From Phoronis australis (lineage: Eukaryota > Animalia > Phoronida): a stretch of DNA of 61,066 nt. Below are positions 12,801 to 27,800 of the stretch, one piece after another; position 1 is the first letter of the stretch; each line of letters opens with the position of its first letter. Location of the stretch: the NCBI GenBank assembly GCA_002633005.1, contig NMRA01000517.1, forward strand, positions 248,214-309,279, read 5' to 3'. The position numbers and the translations under genes are program-made. The notes under the pieces are model-generated. The model was not told the DNA's origin and made no database searches. It saw only the letters and a list, made by a program, of their open reading frames with translations.

Positions 12801-15800
12801 TACGTTCTTCAACAAGTCGCCACGACTTTTGATCACCTGGTAGGTTAGCCAATAGACAGCTCTTAAACAAAGCTGAAGGTCCACCCAAGTGCCTTTCACC
12901 ACTTGGTGAAATGGATATAAACCAAAAGAATGAGAAGAAAATTCTTGTTCACTGTGTTAGTATTAACCAAATCAAATTCCCTTGACACGTTTAGAAAACT
13001 GCAAAGGTCTTACCGATTATATTTTACCTCTTTTTTGACTTCCTCTAACAACGACAAATCAAATCGCCTGCCATCTTCTAATCTCAGTTTTTAATCTAAT
13101 GACGTAAACAAATGAGCTTAACGACAAGCAATGAGCGAAGTGAATGCTCTAGTTCACGAGCACACTGTTAGGTAAAAAATAAAAATGACTGAGTAACACT
13201 GAAGCGAGAAGTAAAAAGTTGAATTTCCGAGTAAGTTCTTTTGAAGAGATTGATTTGCGAGCAGTTACATGTATAGTCGACGTGTTATTTCTACAGATAA
13301 ACGTGGGTGGAAGACCGTCTCCGCTGTTGTTGTTTTTACCCGTGCGTTACTGAGGAGTTGCGAGGAAAGTCAGCGGGCTAAGACCCGCCTTTTTCAGAAA
13401 TGAGAAGATGCGTTTGTGGAGGCTGTAGTTCCAGCAACTTGACTGAGAGCGTTTCTGTATTCAAATTTCCTAAATAAGTAAAAGTTGCTCTGAAATAGCA
13501 TAAGTTTGTGCTCCGCACTAGAGTGTGGAACATGAGATTCAGTCGGGAGCCACACTTTGTTCAGCACATTTCAAGGAATGGTGTTTCGACCTAACACAAA
13601 AGCGGCGTTAGGATGAATGACTCGTCAGGTTGTAAGTTTATTTGAAAATTTGGTAAATAACAAACAAACTGCTTCCATTTTAGGGCGAGTGACGCCAGGC
13701 CCTCGACCTCGCCTTAGATCGGGTGCTACGATACGTAGGCTTATGCTTTGTGTTTAGACCGTGCTCCTTCCATCGTGGCAATAGTGAATACGAACGACCC
13801 AGGTTTACTGGGGCGTTTGTGTGGGATTATGAAGTATCAATTTTTGACCACCCCTTGGTTCAGTTGGTTGTAGCTCACATACGTTTGCAGCATTTCTCGT
13901 GCAAGTGGGTCGAGTTCATACTGCCTCAAAGTCGACGAAAGTTAGCTAAGTAGGAAATCGAATTCATTGTCTGGTTCGTCAAGTACTTGAATGTGATTCC
14001 TCTCTGTCTTTATAATAATTTTCCAATCATCGATCAAAATCATCCTAGTCTTCTAAAGCTGGTGTGTTCCGCCATTGCAATTGATTGTCAAGTCACGTCT
14101 TCCACCCGTTACATCATTTGGCGGGAAACTCGGAAATAACTAATTTTTCTTCAAAAATCAAGAAATGTAACTATTTGGCATAAGAAGTACTTACTTAGAT
14201 TTTATATTATTCATTTTATGTTAGCTAACTGAAACCTCAAAAACCGAGAATATGCACGATGGGAACTCTTTAATATTAAAAGTACAATTCGAGTGTGATG
14301 TATATATGACTTAATTCTGCACTTTCACTGATACTTGTACTGTGCGGACTTCCAACTCTGTTTAAGTGTTGGTTTACCCACTATTGCTCGGTATGTCGTT
14401 ACCAAACTATCTGTTTGCCCGAAGAGAACATCAGTGTAGTTAGTTACACATGCAATACCGCTAGTTGAATTTTCTTCAACATCCGTGAACTTTTTTGACT
14501 GAAGCAATCCAGCCTGAGGATATGTGTTTCCAAAATCCAGCAAGGATATTCTGAATTGTGCTTCCAGACTCGGCAAGGATATTGTGATTTATGTTCGCAG
14601 ACGCAGCGAGGATATTGTGATTTGTGGTCCCATACTCAGCAAGGATATTGTGATTTGTGTTCCCAGACTCAGCGAAGATATTGTGACTTGTGTTCCCAGA
14701 CTCAGCGAGGATATTGTGACTTGTGTTCCCAGACTCAGCGAGGATATTGTGACTTGTGTTCCCAGACTCAGCGAGGATATTGTGATATGTGTTTCCCAGT
14801 CTCAGCAAGTATGATTGTGTTTTTGTATTTTTCAGAATGAGTACTTCTTCACGTACAAACAATCAGAGAGATCTACCGCAGACTTTGCAGTAGTCAATGC
14901 GGCCATGACCGTATGTTTCCGCGAATCCTCACGTGAGATCGACTGTCTCCGCTTGGCCTATGGTGGTGTGGGACAGCAAACGTTCATATCCAAGAAATCG
15001 TCTAATTTTTTTGGGAAGAGCTGGGACGAGTTACTTGTTGATAAAGTCAATAAAGCTATTATAGATGAAATCGTGGGCCTGGGACTCAAACGAGATGACT
15101 ACCAGCTTGTTCTTGTGGCTAGTTTGTTCTTCAGGTTTTATATGCAGGTTTCTAACACCTTTTGCTCGGTAAGTGCTCCCATCCGTTCAGTTAATTACTT
15201 TAATTTTGAATTCATCAACAAATACTTTGCTAAACACCAGAGTTTAGATTTTCGAAAAGTTTGGAAGTCTACATTTTAGTTCTTACTTCTCATTAATTGT
15301 TTAAATGAGATATATGTGGTTCCACATTCAGCATGATTACAAAGACACATCGTCGTTCAGCAAGACTTCGCAGTTGCCGTCTCGTGCAACACAACTTTTT
15401 GAAGACGCTCCAAATTCACAGCCTGACACCGATCCTGTTGGTCGCCCACTTGCTCACAAAGCATCCATCCAGCACGCGACCGGAGAGGCCATATTTGTCG
15501 ATGATACAATTGTTGCCCCAAGTTCGTATTATTTTTCGAGATACGTTTCCTTCGAGCTTCACGAAAAGCCGTAAAGTAGGCTGTATGCGTTGTTCCTATG
15601 AAGTTGGATGCAAAACGTTGTCTCTCTAGATATTCAACTTGTTTTGTACATGATTTAACAGGAAGTAAGAAAGAATGAGGCTCAAGTTTGGTAGAGCTGA
15701 CAACCCCTTTGGAAAGCAATGCACGGTGCTTCCATTTTCATGTGTTGATGCCCTCTGTTGTCTCTCTCAGGGTGAAGTTTATTTTAATACAACATGGAAG

Positions 15801-18800
15801 CGGATGTGATATAGTTTTTATTACTAAATATCTTATAAGTATTTTAACCGAAGTATAAGCAGCGCATTGTTGCTGCTTGTCTACTGAGAACCGTTGGTCT
15901 CAAGTTAAAGTAGTTCATTAATTCGTAAATGGTTTAATCCAAACTCCATTGCAGATGAGCTCCACATGCGCTTTGTACGGAGCTCAAAAGCTCGAGCGCG
16001 CATCACTTTCATGGATGCTTCCAAAGCTCTTAATATGGCCGGCGTGAAGTACTTCCTCTCACACAAAGATGTTCCTGATGGAAAGAACGACGTCCTTAGT
16101 CCCAGCACAGAGTTACTGGCTTCTCTTGAGGTACGTTGTGAACGGTCTGTATTTCATTTATCTTATCATACTTAAGCAAACAGAAGCCTGCACCAACGCG
16201 TGCACTCATACACGCGCTCTGACGTAATAGTTCAATGGTTCACTTAAAGAATCCACTTCTGCTGAGTGTAGGCTTGTAGGTGTTCTTAAAACAATAAGTC
16301 GGTGTTATCACATTTTACTAACAGATGTTGCAAGGTCTTTTTAAACGTGCACATCTGTCTTTTTGTGTGACTGATATTTACATCCATCTTCATACTCAAG
16401 CACGTGACATAATGGCACTGAATTTCATGGATTGTTTAAGTACTTTGCATTAGTTTAACTATCTTGTAACAAGTCTTAGTTTCACAGGTGCATGGCGTCG
16501 GGCAAGCTATCGGAGCAATTGTTGCCGATAGTATTGAGCATGCGCAGGAAGCAGCCAAAGCTGTTGTTGTGTGTTATGAGGAACACAGACCTTTACTGGA
16601 CTTCAAGGTAAGCCCTTGTCTTGGGTTTATGTATATTTATATATACACACACAAACCGTATGTGTTTAATCAGTAGAACTTGGATTGATCAAGGTGCGCA
16701 TCTTCAATGTTTTTTTAAAAATCGTAGTTTGCGCATGGATTGTAGTGCAAATTCTTTTTAAAGACATACTGCCGAAGAACCTTGCTTGCGTTCAGTAGAC
16801 GCTAGGGCCTACGCTAGGACCTAGCTAAAACCTAGTCAAAGTCACGTGTTCTCATTTAAAATGCACGGCAATATCTCACGTAATGTCGCGAAGTCTTGCT
16901 TTTAGCGAGGTCCTAGCGTTACTGAACGGGAGGCTGTATTGCTCATTCGTCTTGGCAGAAAAATAACAAGCGATCGACTTGTACTCGGACTCCGAATCCA
17001 GGTCGATCACCTCGTCTATGGACACAGACAACTACTCTGACACGGTAGATTCGGATTAGACGTGAAAGGCAATGCAGTTTTAGTAGACTCTCAGGTTGAA
17101 GAATCACAGCTCGATTGCAATTAAAACGTTGTAGCAGTTAATTATATTTTTAGATGAGGAGATCAACCAAGTGTTATTTTGTAAGTAAGTCGTTCTTGAA
17201 ATCTATTGCTTGTAATGAGTTTTAATACTATTTTTGTACTCACCCAGAGCGTCACTAACGCCACACGCTGTGTGAAATTAAGTGCGTTTAGTGTATTTTT
17301 TAAAATCCTATGCGCGCCTGTAACCGGAGCACCCAGTGCTCCTAGTTGGGGAACTTATGCGCATGCGGCTATTTGTGGGACATTTGAGTAAAAAACGGCT
17401 GTGACCCACATATAGGCGCATGCGCCTAAAGTGCGGGGCTATACGGTATAAATTGTATATGGAAAGGCAAATAAGACGTACGGGTGTCATTGAACTTTTA
17501 AGTAAACAGAAACAGATGGATAATACTTGGTATCCAACCTTTGTATCTTTACTGCAAACGCTGTGCTATGAGCTGTTTGCTTTGTCCCAGGAGGCAATTG
17601 AGTTGGAATCGTTCTATGGAGATCCAATTAAACTTGAACAAGGAGACGTTGGAAGCAACTGGGAGAACTGTGATCACGTGGTGGAAGGGGAAGTAACCAT
17701 GGGAAACCAAGAGCATTTCTACATGGAGACCAATGCAGTGATAGTGAGACCGAGTGGAGAAGATGAGTTAGACGTACTTGTGTCTTGCCAATCACCCCAT
17801 GGTGTTCAGGTTCGTGGTGTTTCTGGCTATTTTTGTGTCTCAAGCTACAGTATATTGACCGTGTACAAAGGGACAACTGTGGTGACAGCTGATGTTAAGT
17901 GGCAGTGTTTGGGAAGATTCGTTAAAAGTTGGTTGATGTCTTAATTATTCTGTTTTTGTTGGTAATTGTCATTGTATTATGGCTAGTCTCTCACTCTTTC
18001 AGGAAGCAATTAGTAAAGTCCTTGGTGTTCAACGTCATAAAGTATATGTCAGAACAAAACGAGTTGGTAAGTCCATAGTTTTTATCAGTGACTATAACTG
18101 CGATATGAAAGTGGAAATGCAGAGTATACCAGCATGCTAACTTACCATATTCCCCACTCGCCAGTAATTCCTATAAAAGGCTGTAAGAACGAGTTCCGGC
18201 TTGAAGAGTGATCGTCATATACAATGTCTAAGAAAGAAATTCGTATTGCGATTATAATCTGCAGACTTTTGGCATGTAAGTGGTGACACCGGATTATTTG
18301 AATACAGTTGTACTTGGGAATGACGAATGTGTTGAGCTTATCAATTTTAACACAACACTGCCATCTGTTGGACAACATTAACAATCCTGTAACTTCACGG
18401 ATTACACACTATTTAACGACCATTTATGGTTCTGTAGGNNNNNNNNNNNNNNNNNNNNNNNNNNNNNNNNNNNNNNNNNNNNNNNNNNNNNNNNNNNNNN
18501 NNNNNNNNNNNNNNNNNNNNNNNNNNNNNNNNNNNNNNNNNNNNNNNNNNNNNNNNNNNNNNNNNNNNNNNNNNNNNNNNNNNNNNNNNNNNNNNNNNNN
18601 NNNNNNNNNNNNNNNNNNNNNNNNNNNNNNNNNNNNNNNNNNNNNNNNNNNNNNNNNNNNNNNNNNNNNNNNNNNNNNNNNNNNNNNNNNNNNNNNNNNT
18701 GTAGGGGGGGGTTGTGGTTCTGTAGGGGGGAGTTATGGTTCTGTAGGGGGTGGGGTTATGTACGGCGTTGTGTTTTTAGGTATTGTGAGTGGCCGTCGGT

Positions 18801-21800
18801 GTCTACCTGTCGGATAGATGTTCAGTTATTTTGTTTTGAAGCTCTAGAATTGAAGTACAAAACCCAGAAGCGGGAGAAAAAGAATAGTTCAAACGACTAA
18901 AAATACACTCTAATTCATTATTGCCGGGCACTGAAAAAAAATGTGTTTGGGGGGGAGGGGGCTGTACCCCCGACCCCCTTGTGGTGCACCACCCTTAAAC
19001 CATGGGCGGCGTAGCACTGAAAAAAGTGGGGGGCAAAAGCTCCCCCCAGCCCCCTATGGTGCGCCGCCCATGGAGTAGTGATGACAGAAAAGAGTTTATA
19101 TAAAACTACTGGACAACTTGTCTCTTAGATAAAACGAGGGGACTTACGATACGTTGCTCATTCTGATTGAGAACTTGAGGCTGGATCGGGTTTCAGACCC
19201 CAAACACTCGCCAAATCTACAAGTGCACAGCTTTTAATAGAACATAAGAATGCGCGTGGAGACAAGTCCAAAACATGGGTGATTTAATAGAACACACCTA
19301 CAAGTGGAGTGTTTACAGAAAGTGGCGCGAAACTGTAACTCTATAATTCACAAAAGGGAGGGCGCGTCAATTACACTTGTATTTTATTGGTCATTATATG
19401 CAGGAGGAGCTTTTGGTGGAAAGGAGTCGTACATTTGCAGCATGGCGTCTTTGACAGCACTTGCCTCCAAAATGTAAGTTGTAATTGCAAATCGTCACTG
19501 TTTTAGAAATTGCTCAAAAGTATACAAGCAGCTGCAGGCGGTCTGGTACACGCTGTACCAGATGTGCAGCTGCAGGCGGTCTGGTACACGCTGTACCAGA
19601 TGTGCAGCTGCAGGCGGTCTGGTACACGCTGTACCAGATGTGCGCAAGCCGCTCAGGTGGACCCTTTGCATTGATCTTCTGGAACCATATTTATGCTTTA
19701 CTAATATACCTTACTTGAAACCGAGCTGAGGAGCTAGAAACCTGACTGAAGGTTCTAACAGCGTGCACCAGTGGGTCTCGACGCCTGTACCTTGAGGGAG
19801 GCAACTCATCCACACTGCCTCCTCAAGCACAGATGCACAGTCAGTTTTTCACTTTCTGTTTCCAAGATATTGAGAAAATGGAGAAATTTCTTGCATGCAA
19901 TATTTCAGTAGGTGATTCTTTAGGGTTATGTTTGACCTAATTCATAAGTGTGTGTACTTAGTCAAATATATACTAAACTATAGATTTAATTCAGCGTCAG
20001 TAAAAGTAAACAGTTTCTGAAAGTAGAATGTGATCGTTGGCGTTATAAAAATGTGCTAGTATAAGGAGCACGTTACCAAGTATTTTCGTAAAATTTAACA
20101 AGTCAGAAAGAAAAGTTCATAAATAGCGAAACATCAGCATCAAGAACATGAACACACTTGGTTTGATGTGCGTGTTGCGATGTTTTATATTATCATTTCG
20201 TTTTCATTTTATGCAACTATTCATGAAGTTGTGCACGTGTTCCTTCCCTGGATGGGACGGCCTGAGCCAACTTTCGGACGGATCCGACTACGGGTGTACC
20301 CCCTAGTGGCAATTTTAGTTTTTTACGTTAACTTCTGTATCTTCAAAAGTTGGTATATAGGCACCTATTAGTGAGATGACGCTGTCCTGCCCTTTTCGGA
20401 TAGATTCAACGTAGTTTGCGCCACCTAGTGGCCATTTTTACTGTTTTCGAGTCTGTTTTTTGCGTGCACCCCTCTATCAACCAAACCGCTCAAAGGATGA
20501 TTTTGAAAATAGGGACGTATGTTCTTACTACGAAGTGGACGGCTGACTATGATTTTCCGGTGATTTCGATTACTGTGGCGCCTCCTAATGGCATTTGTGT
20601 TTTTTGCGCCTATGGTTGTATCTCCTAATCCGTTTGAAGGATCTTTACTAAATTTAGTAAGTACATTTTTATGATGTTGACAACAGACGACGGCGACTTT
20701 CGGACGGATCTGACTACAGGTGTGCCACCTAGTGACAATTTTACTTTTTACGTTTACCCCTGTTTGTTCAAAGGTCCTCAATAGATCTTCATAAAATTTT
20801 GAATATAGGCATCTATTGGTGAGATGACGCTATCATCCTGTTTTGAATGGAATCGAGGTATTTTGCGCCACCTAGTGGCCATTTTTGCTGTTTTCAAATC
20901 TTGTTTTTGCGTTCACCCTCCATCAATCAAATCATTCTTTGGATGGTTTTGAAAATTGTCGTATGTGTTTTCAATGTGAAGAGAACATTTGATGATGGTG
21001 ACTGGCTACTGTGGAGCCTCCTAGTGGTAGTTTTGTTTTGTTTTTCGCCCATAGCTGTATATCCAAAACCCACTGCAGGAACTTTTGAATTATTAAATTT
21101 AGTAAGTGAATTTATATGAAGATAACAGACGACATCTTTCAGGCGGATCGAACGGACACTGTGCCCACAAGTGGCAATTTCATTTTGTTCCGTTTCCTTT
21201 ATTCCCTTTACAGATTTTTATGAAATATGGCATGTTCCCGTTTTTGGATGGTTTGTACATTTTTGTGCCATCTAGTGGCCATTTTTATGATACAAATAAA
21301 TAACCCTAAAAGCACACCATTTGAGATGCATTCGTGGGCGCATTTCAACGCTCCGCGTTGCTCTTGTGTTACTCATAAATTTTAATTCTTTAAGATTACT
21401 AGCTGCTGATGTCCTTCATTTCAAGAAATCACAATTCTCACAATGCCGTGATTGCAATATAAGTCATTTCATCTTCGTGCCTCCTGCAAAATCTAAAATG
21501 CTTCATTCACTGTTGTGCATTATAATGTTCTTTCTGATACATGTTTATGTAGATTAAACCAACCCGTCCGCTGCCTGCTCGACAGGGATGAGGACATGGC
21601 GGTCACCGGAAATAGGATCGACTTTCTCGGGAAATACAAGGTATTCGGTTATTTCAACATTGACATTATTACCTAAACTCTGAATGAAGACGTGACCTCA
21701 CAGGTGCTGGATCAATATATGTAACACACCAGCACCTACGTCTGGTCGAAAACTTTTGAGAAATGCAAAAACTTGGTCCTAGTTTTAGCCGTGAAGACGC

Positions 21801-24800
21801 ACTTTAAACATTTGTGAACTGAAAGTAGATTATCTCGCTTTTGCTTCAATCCACCAGTTGTACGAAGCGCCTCCTACTGGACAATCTGCCTCTGGTTGCA
21901 CGGAGCACCTTGTCCTATTAAAGTAACAAAACCAAAATGTTGATTGTCGAAACAGTTTTTTCATTTAAGCTTGGCTATCTCACATTGGCTGCACCAAGCA
22001 TCAAATTCCAGTCGAGTTTAAATGACTCTACACGAGGCTCAGTTTTCCAATCCCTTTACAAAAACTGAAGCAATGTTGTCACCAATAACAAACTGGAAAA
22101 GTCACTAAAATTATTAGCATTGGTTATCTCTTTTGGTGCACCCCCGACAATCTCGTGGTCGCGTGTAACCAGCATCTCATGCGTCCTACTTCAATCGTTA
22201 CCTTTGCCTCTCCATGTTTTTTTTCAAAAATTGCTTTGCAGATCAAAGTGACATTTGGCAAAGGGTTGTGTGGCGGGAATGCGACTGTACCGGTTTATTT
22301 TCGGACAATTCATTTACCGTGGCACCCCTTGTTGGCCGTTTTAATTTTCGCTGATTGTTTGTCTGTCAATTATTTATGAAACCACTTACGGAAATTTGAC
22401 GAAATTTAACAACACTTAGGAAAATGCAGAGAATTTCCCGGCAACAATTCGCTTTTCGGACGGGTTGAATAACCGCGACAACCCCTGTTCACTGTTGTGT
22501 TAATATTTGATTTCAACAAGGAATTCCTTACCCGTCAATTTATAATGAAACTGCGTGCTGAAATTCCCCAAAACTTGGCGCAGAGGGTCATTGTGGGATT
22601 GTGTCGACAACAGCTGATTTTTGAATGGAATCGATTACCACGTCAGCCCGTCTGTCGTCTGCCGTCTTTTATAGCCCACATTTTTCAGTGCTGCGCCACC
22701 CATGGTCTTTATGCGGTGCACTACGAGGGGGGGGGGGGGGNGGGCTAGCGACTATAGCCAACCCACTTGTTTCAATGTTGCGCCGCCCATGTTTGTGTTG
22801 CTCTTGTTTAGATTGGCGTAACCAGTGACGGAAAGATATTGTGTTATGAGGCCACTATTTACGGGCATCAGGGTTTTCAGCAAGACGTTGGCCACTTGGT
22901 AAGTATTTGAAGATACTGCTTCGACAGGTCACTATTATTGCTTTGCCCGCTAGAGGCACTACTTACAGGCATCTAAATCCCATCTGTTCGCTTTTTCAGC
23001 ACCAATCTGCAGGTGCAGCTGCCTGACTTAAATTTGCCACTTTTCACATTGTTATAATACATGCCAGACATGAGGAACCGGTGCCAAAAAATGAGTTGGC
23101 CAGCCTCTGTTCGAAATAGTGTTTTGACGTCAACTCTTTTCGAATTTAGTGTTTTGAAAACACCATAGCATTCACAACGCGTGAGGCTCAATCGATGTTC
23201 GGCAAGATGAAGGTCAATACTTGTAAGAGTCCATTTTGTACCAAAATTGTCTAAAGGTAGCCCACCCCAACATCTCCAAAACGAATAAGCACCAGCAGGT
23301 CGTGTTCTGTAGTTCATTCTACCTGAGATTGATGACCGTCATTTGCTCAAAGATTCACTTAATCTCCTCACTCCATAGTGCAGTTTCAACCTGAATCTGT
23401 CTGTACTCTCGCGTACACGTTTTAGTTTCTGTGTGAGCTGTGCAGTGCGCAGAACGAAGACAACCAGTTTGACCTTCCACAAACTCATTGCATTATTTAG
23501 TTACATACCTGTGTTATATTTAAGCTCGTGGAGAAAGGAGTCGCAACTTCCGACGCATCTTACAACATTCCACACTTCAGCATTACCGGCCGCGTTGTTA
23601 AGAGCAACCGTTTTTACTGTACAGCGTTCAGAGGTTTTGGATCGCCAGAGGCGCTACTTATTACTGAATCCGCCGTCTGTCGTGCGGCCTCTACACTTGG
23701 CATTCCGTTTGAAGAGGTAAAAAATGTATTTGCACCCTATCCACTAGAATCACCATAGGAACGCCAAATTTCCGTTTCCGAGACTAACGGTCAAAAGAAT
23801 TTGCACATTGGTCTACAAGAGAAGCTCCCTGGGATATGTTGATTGCTGCCAGACTACTTATTGTTATACTTGACTATTGTCATACTGCTTATTGTCAGTG
23901 TTAAGTATTGATAAACTGCGCACTGTAATAGCTGATTATTAACAGACTTCGTACAGCCATAGTTGAGTATTGTCAAATTGCTTATTGTCATAGTTAACCA
24001 TTATCAAACTGCTTATTGCCGTTAGCCAGAGCCGTCTGAAAATCGAGACACTTTTGAACTACTCATTGAACCTGTCTATTATATAAATTTCTAAGGTAAT
24101 GACGCGTAAGCTTAATTACCAGTCAGAAAGTCCAAGTCTTCTACATCACATTTAAAGTTGTTATGACTTCCGTTAACAGTTCATTGATTTTCAAAATGAA
24201 ATCCTCAGTTGTGTTAATTTTTCTTTTCTGAAAAATGTGGTGTTTATTCTCAATTTTTGGTTTAAATCGCAAATTAGGCTCTGTTTATGACTAAGTTAGA
24301 CTTGACTTAATTAAGCCTCGCCTGGTCATGGTCGGACACACAAACTATTGCAGCCTAACGATAATATGACATACAGCTTTCGTGGGTCTCAGGGCTAAAA
24401 ACGATACAGAAATATTTGCTAAGTGTAACAAGTGAATTTTACTACTCTTGCCCTCACAGTTGACTACTGACCGACTGCTGGTTGATAGAGTTGTTTACTG
24501 ACAGACTTGTTATTGGCATGCCTTAAATTCAACTTTCTACAATATTGTTTTTAGATGCAGAGAATGAATTTGTACGAGGATGGCGACGTAACCCCTACTG
24601 GAGTGGTGCTTGAAAACTGCAACATTAAGCAGTGTTGGGATGTATGTTATGAGAAGTGCGATTATGAGAGCAGAAGACAAGAAATCATCAAGTTTAACCG
24701 GTATCGTTAAGTTTACAAAGTGCGCGGCTGTTGTGAACTGATTTTTTCGTAGAACAACGTTGCGTCACAATTTCTTTCCCTCCGTCCAGTCTGCTCGTCC

Positions 24801-27800
24801 AACGTCCGATGCTCTTTCTCCATAACATTTTGATGCATGTTCATGAAATTTTGAGGGCATGTTCCCTTTATAACTCAGACGGCATGGAGGATTTTCGGAC
24901 AGATCTGACTGCCAGTTTTCCCCGTTATGACAATTTTAGTTTTTACATTTATCTCTGTATCTTCAGAGGTCCTCAACGGATTTTCATATTCATTTTGTCA
25001 GATGTTTTTTGGCGTAAGCCCCTGTATCAGCGAAACCACCGTAAAGACGATTGTGAAAATAGGCATATAGTTCTTATTATGAAGAGGACGACTAACGACG
25101 ATTTTCCGACGACTTCATGGCGCCTTGTAGTTGCAAGTTTTGTTAATGTTTGCGCCATTGGCTGTATCTCCTAAACGCTTTACAGGATCTTTATTAAATT
25201 TACCAAGTGTATTTATGTGATGTTGACAACAGACGACTACAACATTTGGACGGATTGGATTGCCGGCGTGCCCCTTGGGGAAAATATCATTTTTTATGCT
25301 TACCTCTGTATCTTCAAAGGACCTCAATGGATTTCCATAAAATTTGGCAGATAGGCATCTATTACTCAGGTGACGGTATCCTAACGTTTCTTGATGGATG
25401 CAAGGTATTTTGTGCTTGTTAGTGACCATTCTATTGTTTTCGAGTCTTGTTTTTTGGCGTCCTCTCTCTGCCACGCAAAGGATGGTTTTCGTTTTGTGAC
25501 GATTCGTCGATTTCTGCACCAACTAGTGACCATTTTAATTATTTTTTAGTATTTCTTTTCGTCTTCTTCTGTATCTGCCAAACCGTGTATAGGATCATTA
25601 TGAAAATTGGCAGATGTGGTCCTACTTACAAGAGTGACGCGGATTTTCAAACGGGCCCAACTGCTGTGGTGCCCCACCGCAAGGGACTTTTTTCGCACCT
25701 ACTTGCCCTGAACCGCTTGCAAGATAGTTTTGAAATTTTGCAATTTTATTCCTATTAACTTGATAGCTGGTGGATGGATTCGACTACTGTCGTGGTTCCT
25801 AATGGCAGTTTTTTTTTTCTTACGTTTGCCTTTGTATCTTTGGAGTTCTTTGATGGATTTTCCTAAAAGTTGAACAAATAATTTTGAGAGACGACGACAC
25901 TTTCCCGTTTTCTGATCAGTTCAAAGTATTCTGAGCCATCTAGTGGCTATTTTATGACACAGCTAAACACCCCTAGAAGCACACCGTGTGTGGCGCTGTC
26001 GCAGTCGCATTTCAGCGCTTCACCTTGCTCTTGTTAAAACTTCAAATCTGTGAGAGCTACCGCTGGAAGTTGTGTTAAGTTGTACCGCTGTCAACTTTCT
26101 TCGCTCCAGGTACCAGCACTACACATTATTGCAATTCCAGCTTCTTGCTTCTTGGCTCAGATTTCAAGATAATAAAAAAACTGGGCTGGATTTCGTGAAA
26201 CTTTTTCTGTCTTAACTTAGACTGAAATCGGACCAACTTAAGACCATCCTGTCTTTAGCCCCGTTTCACAAAATTGCTTTAGACCAAAATTAAGACCGAA
26301 ATCGCTCTCTGAGATAAGACTGAAAGCTAACCTGCTTAAAATTCAACGTTTTGTCTTAATGACCGTAGTTTATGATTGTTATCACTGTAAACTGCTGAGA
26401 AATCCATTTTGTTGATATTTTTCACTATCTAATGTCCCTAAACAATATCAGATTTAAGATCGTGTGATTTCGTTTTATTAACCGAGAAAGGCGGTAGAGA
26501 CAGTGTAGTGGGAGTTACTAGCACATCTTTTGTGGAATAATATGTTCAAGAATATCAGTCTTCTTAAGCAAACGAGATCCCAAATACATTCGAAATGTTG
26601 TGAATGAATCCACATTTAGAGTTTTAACACCAGCTGGTATATATACACCTTTTCAGTCATCTGTTTGTCGAATGACTATGAGCGCATGCGCGCATTTATC
26701 ATAAGTGTGAGGTATATTAGAAACTGTGTGGTGACTACAGATTTCCCTTCCCGCGTATTTTAAAAATCGTGAATTTTGTGATTTTTTTTCTGGATACACC
26801 CTCAAAAGGGAAAGGGAATGACTCTGTAGTCGACGTTGCGAGTTAGCTCTTTCGTCAGTAACTAGTTGAAAGACATTTTCATTTTTGACGAGCTTTTCCG
26901 TTCCATGCCTTTTTAATACTGATTATAAGTAGCGCATCGCGTTACTGGCGAAGCTGAGACCCAAGGGTTATTAAAGCTAACTTCGTGATCAATCTGGACG
27001 TTTTAACAGATGGCAAAAGGCATATTGAAGCGCTGCTTTCAGCTATTGCTTACTACCTTGAAGGAAATCCGTATTTTATTTAATGGTTCGCCTTTTTAAT
27101 GCAATGGACAAGTTGGCTCGCTTACGTACACTACTTTGTGTGCGTGTACTACGCTTACTCAATTCGGAGTTTGACTCTGCGCATTGAACTTTTTATAAAA
27201 GTTTGGATTTCTGTCTGTCACGTGGGAAGCCTCACCAAGGCACAACGTACGGTTAAGCTTATGTTCGTCAAACTTCATTATCATTTCAGAGAAGCAACAC
27301 TGCTAGACCCTTGAGTCAGGTTTCTAGCTCTTCAGCTCGGTTTAAACTATATATTAATAAAGGACAAAAATATTCCCAAATGAACAGTGCAATGAGCTCA
27401 AATACGTGGCCTGAGCACGTCTGGTACAACGTGTACCAGACCGCCTGCAATTATTTTTTATAGATATATGACATGGAAAGAAACCAATGAGCGCGCAACA
27501 CACCTGAGTGCGCGGAGCTAAAGTACAAAAGCAATTATTATATTAGGAGGGTACTTGCAAGAAGGATAAATCCAAATGACAAATATACGAAATAACAATG
27601 ATCCTCACTCATCCCTGTTTATCCTATATATTTAGTGTCATAACTCATCTCTGTTTATTCTATATATTTAGTCATATATCTCATCCCTGTTTATCCTATG
27701 TATTTAGTGTTCTAAGTCATCCCTGTTTATCCTATATATTTAGTATTATAACTCATCCATCCCTGTTTATCCTCTATATTTAGTGTCATAACTCATCTCT

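Noticed and set aside
12430-14275. Possible further Kolobok-type element (other TTAAAGG/CCTTTAA ends near 595, 30087 and 55245)
   Set aside because: Only single ends were recognised and I could not pair the TIRs, so boundaries are unsupported.
14476-14862. Repetitive ORFs ([11 protein letters not shown])n and [11 protein letters not shown] repeats resembling zinc-finger arrays
   Set aside because: Translations of the 33-bp minisatellite, open in several frames only because the unit is a multiple of 3.
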